DNA of 62,206 bases, counting the filler, from Collodictyon triciliatum (taxonomy: Eukaryota): assembly GCA_043381765.1 (NCBI GenBank). It is 11 parts of 11 records of this genome, joined end to end, with 100 filler letters (N's around TTAATTAATTAA, not from the genome) between each part and the next. Parts side by side here need not be neighbours in the genome. Positions count along the whole stretch, not along the records: positions 20,186 to 25,626 come from JBHJMP010005201.1; positions 25,727 to 31,167 come from JBHJMP010005202.1; positions 31,268 to 36,712 come from JBHJMP010005203.1; positions 36,813 to 42,250 come from JBHJMP010005204.1; 7 more parts are not named here. One strand, 5' to 3'. Under the pieces are notes generated by a model. That model saw only the letters and a list, made by a program, of their open reading frames with translations. It did no database searches and was not told the origin of the DNA. Both the position numbers and the translations under genes were made by a program. Numbering within the stretch: the stretch's first letter is position 1; every line of letters starts with the position of its first letter. Positions 24,064 through 36,892 of this stretch are shown piece by piece.

Positions 24064-25201
24064 TTATTTCCCTCCGTTAACGCTAAAGATTTGGAAAGAA
24101 AGTAAAAAGTAGAGATAGGGGAACATATTAAATAAGTGAATAATTCCAACATGAGCAACTTCACGTCGCAGTTACCTATGCACTGTTTCGCAAAACGACA
24201 AAAGTTTTTGAAAGCGAGTAAACAACAAAGCTACAGATCCATCGGAACCATTAGCGGATATGTCAGCCTGAGAAAGGCACTCTTGAATGTCCTATCATCA
24301 ATATTTATCCGTAGATTTCTTTTACGAAGGAATCATTTACTTTTTTATAATAATAAATAAATAAATCCCGTACTCTAAATAAAATGAAATAGAAAACCAA
24401 AATGAGGTCACACCTTTCGAAGAAGGTGTAAATACCGTGAAGAGGTAATTTGGGGGAGATCAAAGTCTTTTGGGAATGAACGGTAATATAGATCGCAATC
24501 ACTTTGGAGCTCTGAGGCGATAACATCACACATGAAGATCAGATTGCTTATGTGCGGAGATTCTTTCGTTGCAACCAAGCACGAGTATGTTTTGTCCACA
24601 CCGGACTAAGATAAAATAAGTGAGTACCGATTTACATATGAAAAGTACTTCTTTTTTTTTTTTTTTGCTTGTAGATATGCAAGGTGGGCTGCACTTATAG
24701 ATTTTTTTTTCCTTTATTCGATTCAAAGGGCTGCACTTATAGATAAAAGTAAAATTGCAAGAGCATTCGCACCTCAATCAAGGCGGTGATACTTTTAGCC
24801 AGTCCTCTCGAATTCGTACCAGTTATCTAGGACGATGTTAGGATTATCTCAAATATATGGATACCATTCTTAAGCAAACATATCGTATAAAGATAGGGAT
24901 AGTAAGAAAACTTTTTGGAGGATGCTTATCCATGTCTGAAGAGCACCCGGAGGCGAATTGTTTACAAAATATGCCTTTCGAGAGGAATAAAGCAATTACT
25001 TACATCATATATGAAAATTTATACTTATTAAAAACACGAGAAAAAACCTTGTAGCTCTCAAGCCTACGTTCGCAGTATTCGTATAAGACGGACACAGTTT
25101 TGGAAATCATTTTCCCTTCCTGATTCGTCACAGATGGCTGGCATGACAAAATAATTGAGAATATTTTTTTTAAAAAAAAAACACAGTAAGTTTATAATGA
25201 C

Positions 25202-25276
<75 letters not shown>

Positions 25277-25575
25277 CCTGGTCCATATCCACTAAATCTG
25301 AAAAATTACTATAGTGCTGAAATTAGTCAATATATTTCAAGAAATGGTTTTACATCCAATACATGAGCTTACCTGACAACACGGGTTAAATAATGATGAT
25401 TCACCGGAGCAAAGGAAATGAACTCAGAAACAACTGTGTTACATTCATAAATCAATTCCATAATTCATAAAATAACTTCGTACATCATGATAGATACCTT
25501 GTACTAATGCCATTCTTTGAAAGAATTTTCCAACTCCAAAACGATTGGAAAATTCATGCAGAATCCACGTGGATG
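21541..25575 (-). CDS. Munc13/Unc13-homology (MHD/MUN) protein with C-terminal GRAM/PH-like domain; 5' truncated
   Basis: 'WILHEFSNRFGV', 'GWAKKAIEIDNGVCLDPTNKTSSCVVDFFTAIIQ' (MHD1 W..AI..D...SS.VVD.F motif), 'FFNNISDA', 'FPLSTNILI' (MHD2 end), then a beta-rich tail. 3' end approximate. Confidence 0.7.
21775..21922. repeat. (GACATA)n microsatellite, probably intronic
   Basis: Tandem hexamers; source of the (VY)n, (MS)n and (ID)n ORF stretches. Confidence 0.9.
23943..24062. repeat. (AAAC)n then (GAAAAC)n microsatellite
   Basis: Tandem units within an intron. Confidence 0.9.
24703..24727 (-). mobile_element. Micro-retroposon family B copy, TTTGAATCGAATAAAGG(A)8
   Basis: Perfect 17-bp direct repeat gggctgcacttatagat at 24686-24702 and 24728-24744. 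Confidence 0.85.
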
Positions 25576-26791
25576 CATTAGTTAAATCAATGATCTTAAG
25601 TAGCAAAGCGCGGTTAAAAAAATGTTNNNNNNNNNNNNNNNNNNNNNNNNNNNNNNNNNNNNNNNNNNNNTTAATTAATTAANNNNNNNNNNNNNNNNNN
25701 NNNNNNNNNNNNNNNNNNNNNNNNNNTCTGTGTCCGGGCTTCTGGCAAGATCGCGCTGGAAGGAAAAAGGGTGAGAGCCTAAAATGGCCAGTCATTTCAA
25801 ACGTGGAAATTACATGCATTTGTAGTAAAAATCAACAGCGACAGAATATATTTGTCCTGCAACCACAAATAAATCATTAATGAACTAAATATGCCTAAAA
25901 TACATGTATTTTGATTTGAACCGCGGCAAGAGACAGAACGAACCCGGCGCAGAATGGTTTTCTTCTCCCTGTCAAACCAACAGGCCGCAGCCACAGCGCG
26001 GTTCAGGGACGAGGACTGCAAGGGAGTAAGAATGCGGATGTTTTTGACTGCAGTTTAGTTGAGACACTAGCTTTGGCCTCAAAGCAGAATAAAAAGTAGC
26101 CTACGTCCCTTATAAGTCGAACCTTTGAGGCATACCACAGAGTATTATCAGATAAGAACGCCGCACTCATCTTATTTTAATTCTTTGAATTTTAGTCATC
26201 TAATGACGTGTTTCAGTGTAGTAGTTATGATTTACATCATAAAATGTGATGGGAGTATATCCCTGAGAATCAGCCTGAACATTTTGCTATCTTTGGGAAT
26301 TTTTTTCATTCCAGCAAACATCCCGTGCAAACAACTTTTTGCATATTCAGTTGTCTCATACTTTGTGCTACTCATAAGCTAGTGAGAAATAAGCGGAACT
26401 TGCAGCGGGCACTATCAAAAGTGTAGAGGATGATTATACTTATCTTGTATGCAAAAGACTATACCGAAGATGATTTAGTCGACAACAGAAACCATTGATT
26501 GCCATACGGTATTTCATTTGAAATATATATCAAGAGCAATTCTTCCACAATGAAATAAAATTGAACAGTTTATCTTCCCACGACGCTTAAGGCACACCTC
26601 CTCGTGGCTGTATAATCTAACATTTAGGAAAAAATACCGGATATTATTGCTTTAGCAATCTGCAATCTCAACACAGCAAATAAAAGTAGAATTCGCCTGA
26701 GATGTGTGTGCGCGTCAATATGATATTTGAAAACAATGAGCGGCCCCATTGTAATTTTTTTTTTTTTTTTAAAAAAAAAGCCTGGGAATAG

Positions 26792-27094
26792 TATTATACA
26801 AATCTCTATCCTCAACAGCTTCCCTCGCCACCTGCACGTTCTCTACTACCCAGACCCTGTGAGAAGAGACATGTGGAAAGAAGCTGAGAAAGATATTAAA
26901 CCTCGCCTTGTATCTCTCGTGCGAGCTCAAGACCCAGGCTACAGGCCAAACTGCAGGATGCAATTCCTGATTACCGACTACCTCTCCGCCACCCGGCCAC
27001 CAAGTAGCGTCCGTGCAAACAATGGCTAGCGAACTGAAGCAAAAAATCCACCATCCTGCACAAAATTGAAAGGAAGAATAAAAAAAAAAAAAAA
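26792..27094 (+). mobile_element. L1/Tx1-like family A 3' fragment (ORF2 C-terminus, 3' UTR, poly(A))
   Basis: IQISILNSFPRHLHVLYYPDPVRRDMWKEAEKDIKPRLVSL..., homologous to 28900-29087 and 41962-42250; ends gaagaataaa(A)n. Confidence 0.85.
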
Positions 27095-27624
27095 TTCATA
27101 CTAGTTTTTCTTTTTTCATTTTTTTTCATTTTGTACACGAGCTATTTTTCTCTAGTTTTTATGTGTATTCCCCAAGAAATACGATTTCATAGACCAAAAT
27201 TTCCAGAAGTTTCCTTTTGACACACACAACAAACACACAAACACACACTTACCGAATTATCACTATGAGTCTTCAAAAAACTATCGATGCGTTGCACATC
27301 TCCCCAACCTTGCGCACTTGATCAACAAAACCATTTCTTCCGTTCATGATAAGTACTTAGCACCAGGATCTCCCCTAAGAAGCCTCCTCCTTGAAGACAC
27401 TATGATTTTTTCACCACCTCGCATCGCAAAAAAAAAAAAAAAAACCTGTGAAGAGTTCGACAGCATAACAAAGGTCAACATCCAACAACAATAACAAAAA
27501 CGAAAGAACTTGAACATGGCAAAACCAATCCGTTCAACGATTTTTTTTTTAATATCTTTCACCGCGGTCATATGCCTTACACAACAATCGAGTTCTCAAC
27601 GTCAATCAACTATGTTCAGGCGCT

Positions 27625-27649
27625 CTTTGAATCGAATAAAGGGAAAAAA
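27625..27649 (+). mobile_element. Micro-retroposon family B copy, CTTTGAATCGAATAAAGGG(A)6
   Basis: Perfect 17-bp direct repeat aactatgttcaggcgct at 27608-27624 and 27650-27666. Confidence 0.85.
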
Positions 27650-28559
27650 AACTATGTTCAGGCGCTTTCCAATAGCTCATGTACGCTTTTAATTTTTTCT
27701 TTTCACATACCCTGGGCTAGTTTGTTCGGGTTCTTGCTTTTTATCATTTTTGTCAAAATGAGTGCCAGAATTCTTCACGCCACAGAGCCTTCTTAATAAG
27801 GGGCGTTCACAGTCACGTCTTCAACTCGTCTGAAACTCCTCTTTTTTTGGTATTCTTTATTATCTCACTCCAATTATCGCAGTTCGGACGGATGGATTGT
27901 TATGGCGATACTTGCACTCGAGAGAGGCTGTCAATATACTTTCGCGTAGTTGATGTCAATATCCCCGTAGGCGTGAATGGATTGCGTTCCTGGTCGTGTG
28001 CTGCCTATATCATGATGAATCCTCGTGTTCCTCATGGACGAAGATAGGTTCTTCATCTCCCTCTTATATTATACGCCTTTACTTTTGGGCTTGTTTTTTC
28101 AATTTTTTTTTTTTTAGCTGTTGGACCCTAGGATTTTCACTCATTTTTTTCTTATATTAATCGTGAGGGAACATGGTTTCAATTCTCACTAGAGGCATAC
28201 ACCTTATTTTTATGATACTTACTGTTAAATTTTTTATTTGGTGCTTATTTCACCGAAACTATGTTCAATAGGAAAATAATTAGCTAGAATTCTTACTAAA
28301 CTCCCCATATTATCCACTGTACCTTGGTGGTTACTCTTAAGTAAATTATGTGCATTTTTTTGATTCATCGATTAGTTACCTTATTTTGATTGTTAGATTC
28401 CTTCGATGAAATTAAACATTCAAAATATTCCCATGTTTATTTTCTTATTTTACTTCTTTCGCACATGTAAAAAAAAACCATAAAAATGTGCCTCTAATCA
28501 GCTATATTGTAAAAAATGTGATACGTGAGGCATGATGGAGAAAGGTCTCGAATTTACAT

Positions 28560-28579
28560 TTCTTTCCTTTATTCGATTC
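28560..28579 (-). mobile_element. Micro-retroposon family B copy (older)
   Basis: Same core; flanks aaaggtctcgaatttacat (28541-28559) and aaaggcctcggatttacat (28580-28598), two mismatches. Confidence 0.75.
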
Positions 28580-28899
28580 AAAGGCCTCGGATTTACATCG
28601 CTGCATATATATCAAAACCGAAATGCATTTATTGAAATTTTTGGTAAGTTGATTTATGATCCATTGGTCTGTCTTAATTTTTTGTTTCTACTTTATTATC
28701 ATTAAAAATATAAATTCCTTTTATTTTTGGCCCAAACGTCTTTAAATTACATATAAACACGCCCCATCGCTGAATGGGGCTTTTCATACGCATGGTCATA
28801 AAGCAATTGATGTCCTTTTTCATAAATATTTTCTATAAAAACCATGTTTTTTTAATTATTCTATTTAACATCAAAATACGATATCAGACACAAAGTCAT

Positions 28900-29087
28900 T
28901 TTTTATTCTTCCTTTCAATTTTGTGCAGGATGGTAGAAATGTTGGCTTTGGTTTGCAAGCCATCGTTCGCATGGACGCTACTTGGTGGCCGGATGGTGGA
29001 GAAGTATTCGGTGTTTAGGAATTGCATTCTGCGGTTTGGCCTGTAGCCTGGGTCTTGTGCTCGCATGAGAGGTAAGACGAGGTTCAC
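28900..29087 (-). mobile_element. L1/Tx1-like family A 5'-truncated copy
   Basis: Reverse-complement homologue of the 3' part of 26792-27094; direct repeat cacaaagtcat at 28889-28899 and 29088-29098. Confidence 0.85.
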
Positions 29088-31267
29088 CACAAAGTCATAG
29101 CAACTATCGAGCTTTTTTTTTTTTTTTTTTTTACCAAATTGTCCTAGCAGCTTGGCTTTGGCCATAAAAGCGTTATCTGTATTGTAATGAATGTTAAGAA
29201 ATTATTTTTAGTAAAACCCTAAAAATATCAACCTCAATTCATGTTTTTAATTTGTTTTTACAATAAGATAATTTTGGAAATAACTAAAAATTAATCCCTA
29301 TAGTTCGAAAATAGTGGTCCAACATCACATGCTAACCTCAAAATCATAATTCAATCACCCAATATCAAGTTTAATATTCCACATGAGACTTTCAACCAAA
29401 TAATGGATAATTTTTGTTGATAAACGGACGACTAATGCTTATTACTTACAATCTTGAATTATTTTTTTTTAAAAAATTAATAATGAGACTTAGTTGTGTG
29501 TCACTCAAGATACGTCAAATTGGAAAAAAAAACCCTTGACTTAATTTTTATGTCAACAGGCCTTTTTCAATAATCTCTCCGAAAACACCAAAGAAATTCA
29601 ACGTTTAGGCAATTACGATAATGTTTTCTTAGAACGGATATAAATATGTTATTTTCATATAAAACTCAGCACAAAAAAATTTTTTTTTACTAGTTTCTTA
29701 ATCATCAACTAACTTCAATTGCTACTGATTTTTCTTGATATAATCACATAATTGATTGAAAGCATTACTTATTTATACCGTTAAAGCCTTTATTTTTATC
29801 AATATAGAAGGAAAAAGATGAACATATTTTGTAAGTATATCCTAACAAATTGGTACATGTTAATATTCAATATCGTAAATTAAGACAAAATATATGCAAT
29901 AATAAACAAAAATATTTTATTTATTAATATCAGTATGATAAAAACAACTTTGAGTCAAATAAAGGGAAAATGTTGTAATAATCATAAAAAAATTAATTGC
30001 TTATTTTATATCAAAGGTACAATTTATTTCAAGAAAGGACTTGTCCTTAACATTTCAAGGTTGAAAAAAAAACATTTCCCTTATTTTCAACTTATATTAT
30101 TATCATCATGTTTATTTCATTTTGAAACAGAAATTCTCCAAACTTATAACACTATGAAGATTGCTCATATGGAATTAAAAATGGATGGGAAGAAAGGGAA
30201 AAACATTTGAGGAAACGAAAAGTGTTTTGATCTCCATACTTGGAAAATTGGGAAGCCAGGTTAGGCGGATTTTAATATTCTGGTGGTATGAAGTGAATTC
30301 TTACAAGTAATAATCGTGTTGTGTTATTTTATGTGAAATTTAGTGGGTCTTTGTGTAGATAATCATATTAAAAATTAAATTCAAGAGGTATTCTACAATA
30401 GATCGAGGTTTTTTTTTTAAAAAAAATCAATTTAATGATAGAATACTAGCACATTGTGTTTCTCCAAAAGAATTTTTATTGGATTGATGAAATCAAGAAT
30501 GAAGAAACAATAGTCCTCTATTTTTATTGAGATAGGGTTCATCGCTCCTACGGTTTCGTGTAAATAGAGCTTCGGTATGATCTTAAATATTTGTCTGATA
30601 AGCATGAATATATTCTATCAACTACTTTCCCCATTCATGATGCCCTTAATTTTCTTTTAGAATTTCTTCTAAGAGGTATTATAATTTCAGGAAAAGCATT
30701 TATATCCACATATTACGTGTTAGGCTACTACATATCTCAATTTTACAGGAATAGCTAATCTCCAACATGCACCGGCCTTAATTCGCAAACATATTGGGTA
30801 AATGTTTACGAACTATAAATCACGGATTCCAGCATTTCCCATAAACCTGATGCTTTACATTATCAACGTGTTTTTTTTTTATTAAAAAAACGCCCCAAAA
30901 TAAATTACGAACAATTTTTTTTTTCAAGATTTTCACATCTTTATCACCATCTCATTACGACTGCAATTAACACACTAACAATATTTTATCAACCACACAG
31001 TTCGAGATTTATTGCCAACATATAGAATTCTTCTATAATCTTGGCAAAAAAATTGTTACTTTTCCGAGATTGGTCATATCCTGCAATTTACAAACAATTT
31101 GCACTTGCAGAAATCGAAATTTTTATTCGTCTTAAATTCTTCCACCTCAATCCTACACACACACACANNNNNNNNNNNNNNNNNNNNNNNNNNNNNNNNN
31201 NNNNNNNNNNNTTAATTAATTAANNNNNNNNNNNNNNNNNNNNNNNNNNNNNNNNNNNNNNNNNNNN

Positions 31268-31336
<69 letters not shown>

Positions 31337-31529
31337 CTTTTTTGATTTTTACTTTTTTGATTTTTACTTTTTTGATTTTTACTTTTTTGATTTGGTCATT
31401 CCTTAGGCAGTATATTGTTAGCTATAAAAATAAAAGAGGGCGAGAGAGAGAGGGAGAAAAGATTAATTGTCAGCTAACAGAAGGGAGTTGTCTAAGTACG
31501 TTCTTTTTCGTATGCACACATTTCGATAG

Positions 31530-34500
31530 ATTGCACAAGATGAATATCATCGATTGCGTTATGTCATGTTCAAAAAGGATGAAGAAATCGAGGAGCTCCA
31601 GAAAGCGCTCAAAGATGCCCACTTGCATATCCTTGAAGAAAGAGGGGAAGTGTTACGCTTAAATGCAATCATCGATGAGCTACAAAGTAAAACGAAATAT
31701 CGTTAATCTACTATTGGGAAAAAAAAAACGTGCCTTGTTTAGTCTCGTTGATTGTGATATACTTTATGTTCGAACATTCAAAATGCATAGAGTAGCCACG
31801 ACACATTTTTAAATATCTATCATGCAAAAGTAATAATATTTTTTATTTCATCCGCCGCTAAGTGACATGGCGAATTTCATGACAAAAAACGATACTGACA
31901 AAACCATCCTGTTTCAGTTCAAGAGCAAGAAGACCGTCGCCGTATTCAAGACCTATTAGCGCTGACCCAGCCCGTAGAAGAAGAAGTAACTTTCTTCCGT
32001 GATCAAAAACCTAACAAAGTCTCTGTGAATATGCGTCATCAGGTACATATTTGTGTGGCGAATACAGTTCTATTTGTTTATCTGATCTGAAACCTTACTT
32101 TTGTCTGCTTTGAATACCAAATGAAGAACAGTTATGATACTTACATTATTGTTGGTAATGTGTGAATAAATAAATCTCCTTCAATATTTTGATTCATGGG
32201 ATGCACCTTAAATCATGCTACAATATCAGAAACCACCAGTAAAGCAATTTTTACCTGAAAGGCAAGAACCCGAAACAAACGCGTATGATTGTTTTTCTGA
32301 TAAAATTATAAATCCTCTTCAAAGAATTTTAAAAAAAATAAAGAAAAGGAGAAAGAAAAGCACTTGATATTTCTATTATAATGTGGGATCTAATGATTAC
32401 CTCATATGCTCAATTTTATTTGCTTATTTCATCACGCAAAAGTGATATAATCGAGTCTTTGCACCCAAAAGTGCAATACCAATCGTCTAAATCTGTTCGT
32501 CCAGTAAGCCCAAAATTNNNNNNNNNNNNNNNNNNNNNNNNNNNNNNNNNNNNNNNNNNNNNNNNNNNNNNNNNNNNNNNNNNNNNNNNNNNNNNNNNNN
32601 NNNNNNNNNNNNNNNNNNNNNNNNNNNNNNNNNNNNNNNNNNNNNNNNNNNNNNNNNNNNNNNNNNNNNNNNNNNNNNNNNNNNNNNNNNNNNNNNNNNN
32701 NNNNNNNNNNNNNNNNNNNNNNNNNNNNNNNNNNNNNNNNNNNNNNNNNNNNNNNNNNNNNNNNNNNNNNNNNNNNNNNNNNNNNNNNNNNNNNNNNNNN
32801 NNNNNNNNNNNNNNNNNNNNNNNNNNNNNNNNNNNNNNNNNNNNNNNNNNNNNNNNNNNNNNNNNNNNNNNNNNNNNNNNNNNNNNNNNNNNNAATGATA
32901 ACTGTATTCTTTCTTTGTACAAACTTTATCTATAGAAACAACTTTACGAAACCAAAATATTTGCGTTGATGGAAGACCGAAGAATCTCAGAAGAGGAGCA
33001 CAGAGCATCCAACTTTAATTTGCGACAGGAGAATATGAATTTGCTCCAGCAACTCGAACAAACGAAGGCCTGGTTGCGTGAGGCCAACATCGGTATTTTA
33101 TTCAAAAAAAGAATATATTTGGAAATGAAAATATATACGAGAAAATAATGTGTAGAATTTTTTTTAAAAAAAAAACCTTCATCAAAATTTAAAAAAAATC
33201 GATCATGAAAACATTTCAGTTTATTATATATAAACAACTGATTTTTCATCATGGCCTAGATTTTGCCACAGAAAAGAAGGAATCTCACGATAAAGAGCAA
33301 GTGTATCAAGTGGAAATTTCGAATAAGAATCAGCTTCAAAAACAACTGGAGTCCCAAGTTAGCACTCTTCAGAAGCAAATTATTGAGGAGAAAGAGGTTC
33401 AAATGCATTAGTACTCTAAGTGAAAATATTTTTGTTGCCTATTTCAATGAATGTGCGGTATGTAATTATGTATACGCATGCATTTCTTTCGTGAAGATAG
33501 TATGTAAAAAAAAAAAAATTCAAAAGAAAAAACCAGAATATTTTTCAAAAATCATATACTAGCGTATCAGAGCTGAAGCAAAAGCACAAATACATGATGA
33601 GGTAGATTTTGTACGGCAGCAAACATTAGCTAAGGAGGACATAATCAACACGATGAAGGTTTTTCGGTCTCATAGATAAAGTTTTTCTTTAATCGGGCGA
33701 AAATATATCTATACATGCACTAAATTTCATAACACAACTCACATATATTCGTTGTTTGTTTTGTTTGTTTTTAATTAAAAAAAATTTCGGAACATGGAAA
33801 GGCAAAGCAGCAACGTGACTCAGTCAAATCACAAGAACGGGTTAGAGAATTAACCGAACGTTTGGAGACTTTACGCACTAGGTCTGACTTTCAGTTATCA
33901 TACCATGTAAATATTAAAACTACTTTCAGACTGTTACCTTCGTTACTTGGTTGAAGAAACGTTTTATCTCTTGATTTAATGGAAAATAAATTGGAAATCG
34001 AATAGATATCACAAACTTTCTTCAAGGCGCACATTCGAACTTGAAGGGTATGCATATGATGTATCAAATATCAGGAAAGAAATGCGCGAACTGGAAACGG
34101 CTTTGTTGAGGATAAAAAATCCTGTTCTTCCCCAAAGAACCAAGCAGACAAGAAACGCATGTATGTTACTAGTCCATCGCAAGAATTTGACAAGAAAAAA
34201 CCTAAACCTTATGAAAAAAAAAATCATTCGTTTTTAATGCCTCTTAAATAATGAGGATTTTATACAAAGTCTGGTTATGAACAAATAACACGCATTATTT
34301 AGTGATTCCGACCTCTTTTTTTTTTAAAAAAAAAAAAATAAATAAATTGGATAAATAGCCCCTATAGCATCTCCAAGGTTAGCTGATAAGATTGTTCGTG
34401 ACGCAGAGAACATCAAGGTAAATGATTTGTGATAGATTTTTTTAGGACTGCTTGCTGAAAGAAAGTAGACAAGAAATACGCTTATATGCTGTTTTTTTAA

Positions 34501-34660
34501 CATGAATTCGATCGGATAATTTATTTTTATTGTTTATTGTTTATATTTTTATTTCATACACCACGATTGAGCTTAAAAATTCTCACCAAAGATGAACACT
34601 ATTTTTCTTCAGGGTAAAATTAATAGCGTGAAAGGCCGAATCTATGATACCCACGTGTGA
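31530..34660 (+). CDS. CCDC77: Coiled-coil protein CCDC77 (centriolar); 5' truncated, internal gap 32518-32893
   Basis: 'KDEEIEELQKALKDAHLHILEERGEVLRLNAIIDELQ|IQEQEDRRRIQDLLAL', 'ALMEDRRI', 'YHKLSSRRTFELEGYAYDVSNIRKEMRELE' match CCDC77 blocks; ends GRIYDTHV*. Confidence 0.88.
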
Positions 34661-35766
34661 AATAAAAACAAGATCAATATTAATCGGTAAAACAACCACG
34701 ATTAAGTTGTTGTTTTTTCAATATTAGCCGTAATTTTTTTAATTGAACTACCGATTGTGGAGGTCAGTTAAGCAGCTGAAGAAAAATTGAAGGTGACATT
34801 AAGTTTGGACAGAAAGAAGACAATCAAGGAAAAAAAGATCATGTCGGGGTCGTGTATGAATGAAATCTGATAATATGACAGATTATCTATTTTAAAAATC
34901 ACTTGAGCTGTCATGACCGTTTATAACACTCTACTTTCATATGCGTTGAATAAAAAGTGCATGAAAAACAATACAATCATACGTACACAACACATTGGCC
35001 TGGAGAGTTTGAACAGAAAGATACTCAAGACTATCAATCAAGAAATAAATTCATTTCACCTTTCTCGCACTTTTTACTGTTTGGTGCTTGCTATAACTTT
35101 TCATGCAAACGCATATTAATGTTGGTCTCTATGCGATTGCAACCAAGAAATATGAAAACCCTATATACAAAAGTTATGCATTTTTTATTTGATGCATTCT
35201 ATCTCGTGTGGTAAGACCACCTCGACCTTATGTGGCTTATGAGTGTATAAAAAGCAACATAAATATGTTTTCATTCTCAAACAACTTACGATTTCCTAGC
35301 CCCGAAAAAACTGCACCAAGTTTCATAGAGTCTGTTTGTGTGACTTTATTTTCCCTCACCAGTCTTGATAGCACAAAGAAAAAACGAAAAAGAAAACCCA
35401 GATTCTGAAGCTCACAGCGAGACACGTCACCCACCGCATACCAACCTCGGAGGCATGTCTTCAACTTCCATCGGGAATAATTTGCGAGTTGCTAAAAATT
35501 CATTTATTGATTGTTATCAACCCACACAAAACATCACCAATACGTGCGGCCATAAGGCAGATGAAGAGGAAAAGGCCGGGAAAAAAGAAGCTGTAGAAAG
35601 GAAGGGGAAAAATAAGGCAGCAGAGCACCGGGCCTCAAGATTTTATATATTCATAGTCTAGTTATAGACAACTAATAATTTTTGGTGAAGTGGTCAGGAT
35701 GGAAGTGGTGTTGGGACAGTGTGTGCCTATGGTGATGATATATAGAGTAGGGTAGGGGTGGTTAGC

Positions 35767-36413
35767 CTATTTGCTACTTTGAGGCTCTGCTCCAGTCAGC
35801 TGGACAGTGAGGGGGTGGTCCTGTCCAAGGAATGTGAGTGATATCTCCTTCGTTTTCCTCAGGTATATTTTTGCCTCCGCCCTGGGGAGAGTATATTCCA
35901 TCAACATGCCAACCACAGCAACCAGATTCGAATGAGTTAATCAAATCAACAATAAATATAGAAAAGGTGTCGAATACTTACGAGTTGCGCAAGTGTTCGT
36001 ACTCTGCGCTAATATTGAACAAGGTTATGACAACCAATTCGATTGATGATTGGGGAATCAAGGTTTTTTGCCTGCGCAATTGGGATTTTTGAATATTTGG
36101 TATCATAGGAAGTTCTGATGTTGGGGATGACGCTCTCAAATTTTCAATTTCCTCCTCCAAAAGCTCCCGCGCAGAAAGCCCGTGCTGAAGAGCCAATTGA
36201 TGCCTACAATTTATTTTTTTTTTAAGGGAGAAAAACATTGCTGATTATACACCACAATGTCACTATGATAGGTAAATGCATTACTTTGACATTTTTGAGG
36301 CGACCGCACATATGTTGATATGCAGTGAAATAATAGATTCTTTCTTTCCAATACGTGTCTCGATAGACAAAGCATCAAACAAATGCTCAAGGGCTTTGGA
36401 GAATCTTCCTCTC
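35767..36413 (-). CDS. TPR-repeat protein, last three visible exons
   Basis: RGRFSKALEHLFDALSIE...LHINICAVASKMSK|HQLALQHG...VITLFNISAEYEHLRNS|AEAKIYLRKTKEISLTFLGQDHPLT; splice phases consistent; LG.DHP motif of kinesin-light-chain-type TPRs. Confidence 0.75.
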
Positions 36414-36544
36414 CTTAACAGCAATCGGAAAATAAATCAGAACGTTAGAAGGGTACTGTGACTGGTGTTTTTCAAGTTTAGGAAAGAAAAAGCATCCTTA
36501 ATGTTAATCATTCAATCTATATTTAGATTTCTATTTTATTTTAT

Positions 36545-36712
36545 TTTTTGATTTTTGATTTTTGATTTTTGATTTTTGATTTTTGATTTTTGATTTTTGA
36601 TTTTTGATTTTTTTTGATTTTTTTTGATTTTTGATTTTTTTGATTTTTGATTTTTTTGATTTTTTTTGATTTTTTTGATTTTTGATTTTTGATTTTTGAT
36701 TTTTGATTTTTG
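36545..36712. repeat. (TTTTTGA)n degenerate tandem repeat at scaffold end
   Basis: Tandem units running into the linker. Confidence 0.9.
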
Positions 36713-36892
36713 NNNNNNNNNNNNNNNNNNNNNNNNNNNNNNNNNNNNNNNNNNNNTTAATTAATTAANNNNNNNNNNNNNNNNNNNNNNNNNNNNNNNN
36801 NNNNNNNNNNNNTTCTCTTTTCTCTTTTCTCTTTTCTTTTTCATCTTTTCTTTTACATTTAATGTTATTTCATAATATCTTTTAACCAAAAG

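Noticed and set aside
24686-24744. 17-bp direct repeats around a short spacer as a CRISPR-like unit
   Set aside because: The inner sequence is constant and the flanking repeats differ between loci, the reverse of CRISPR; this is an insertion with a TSD.
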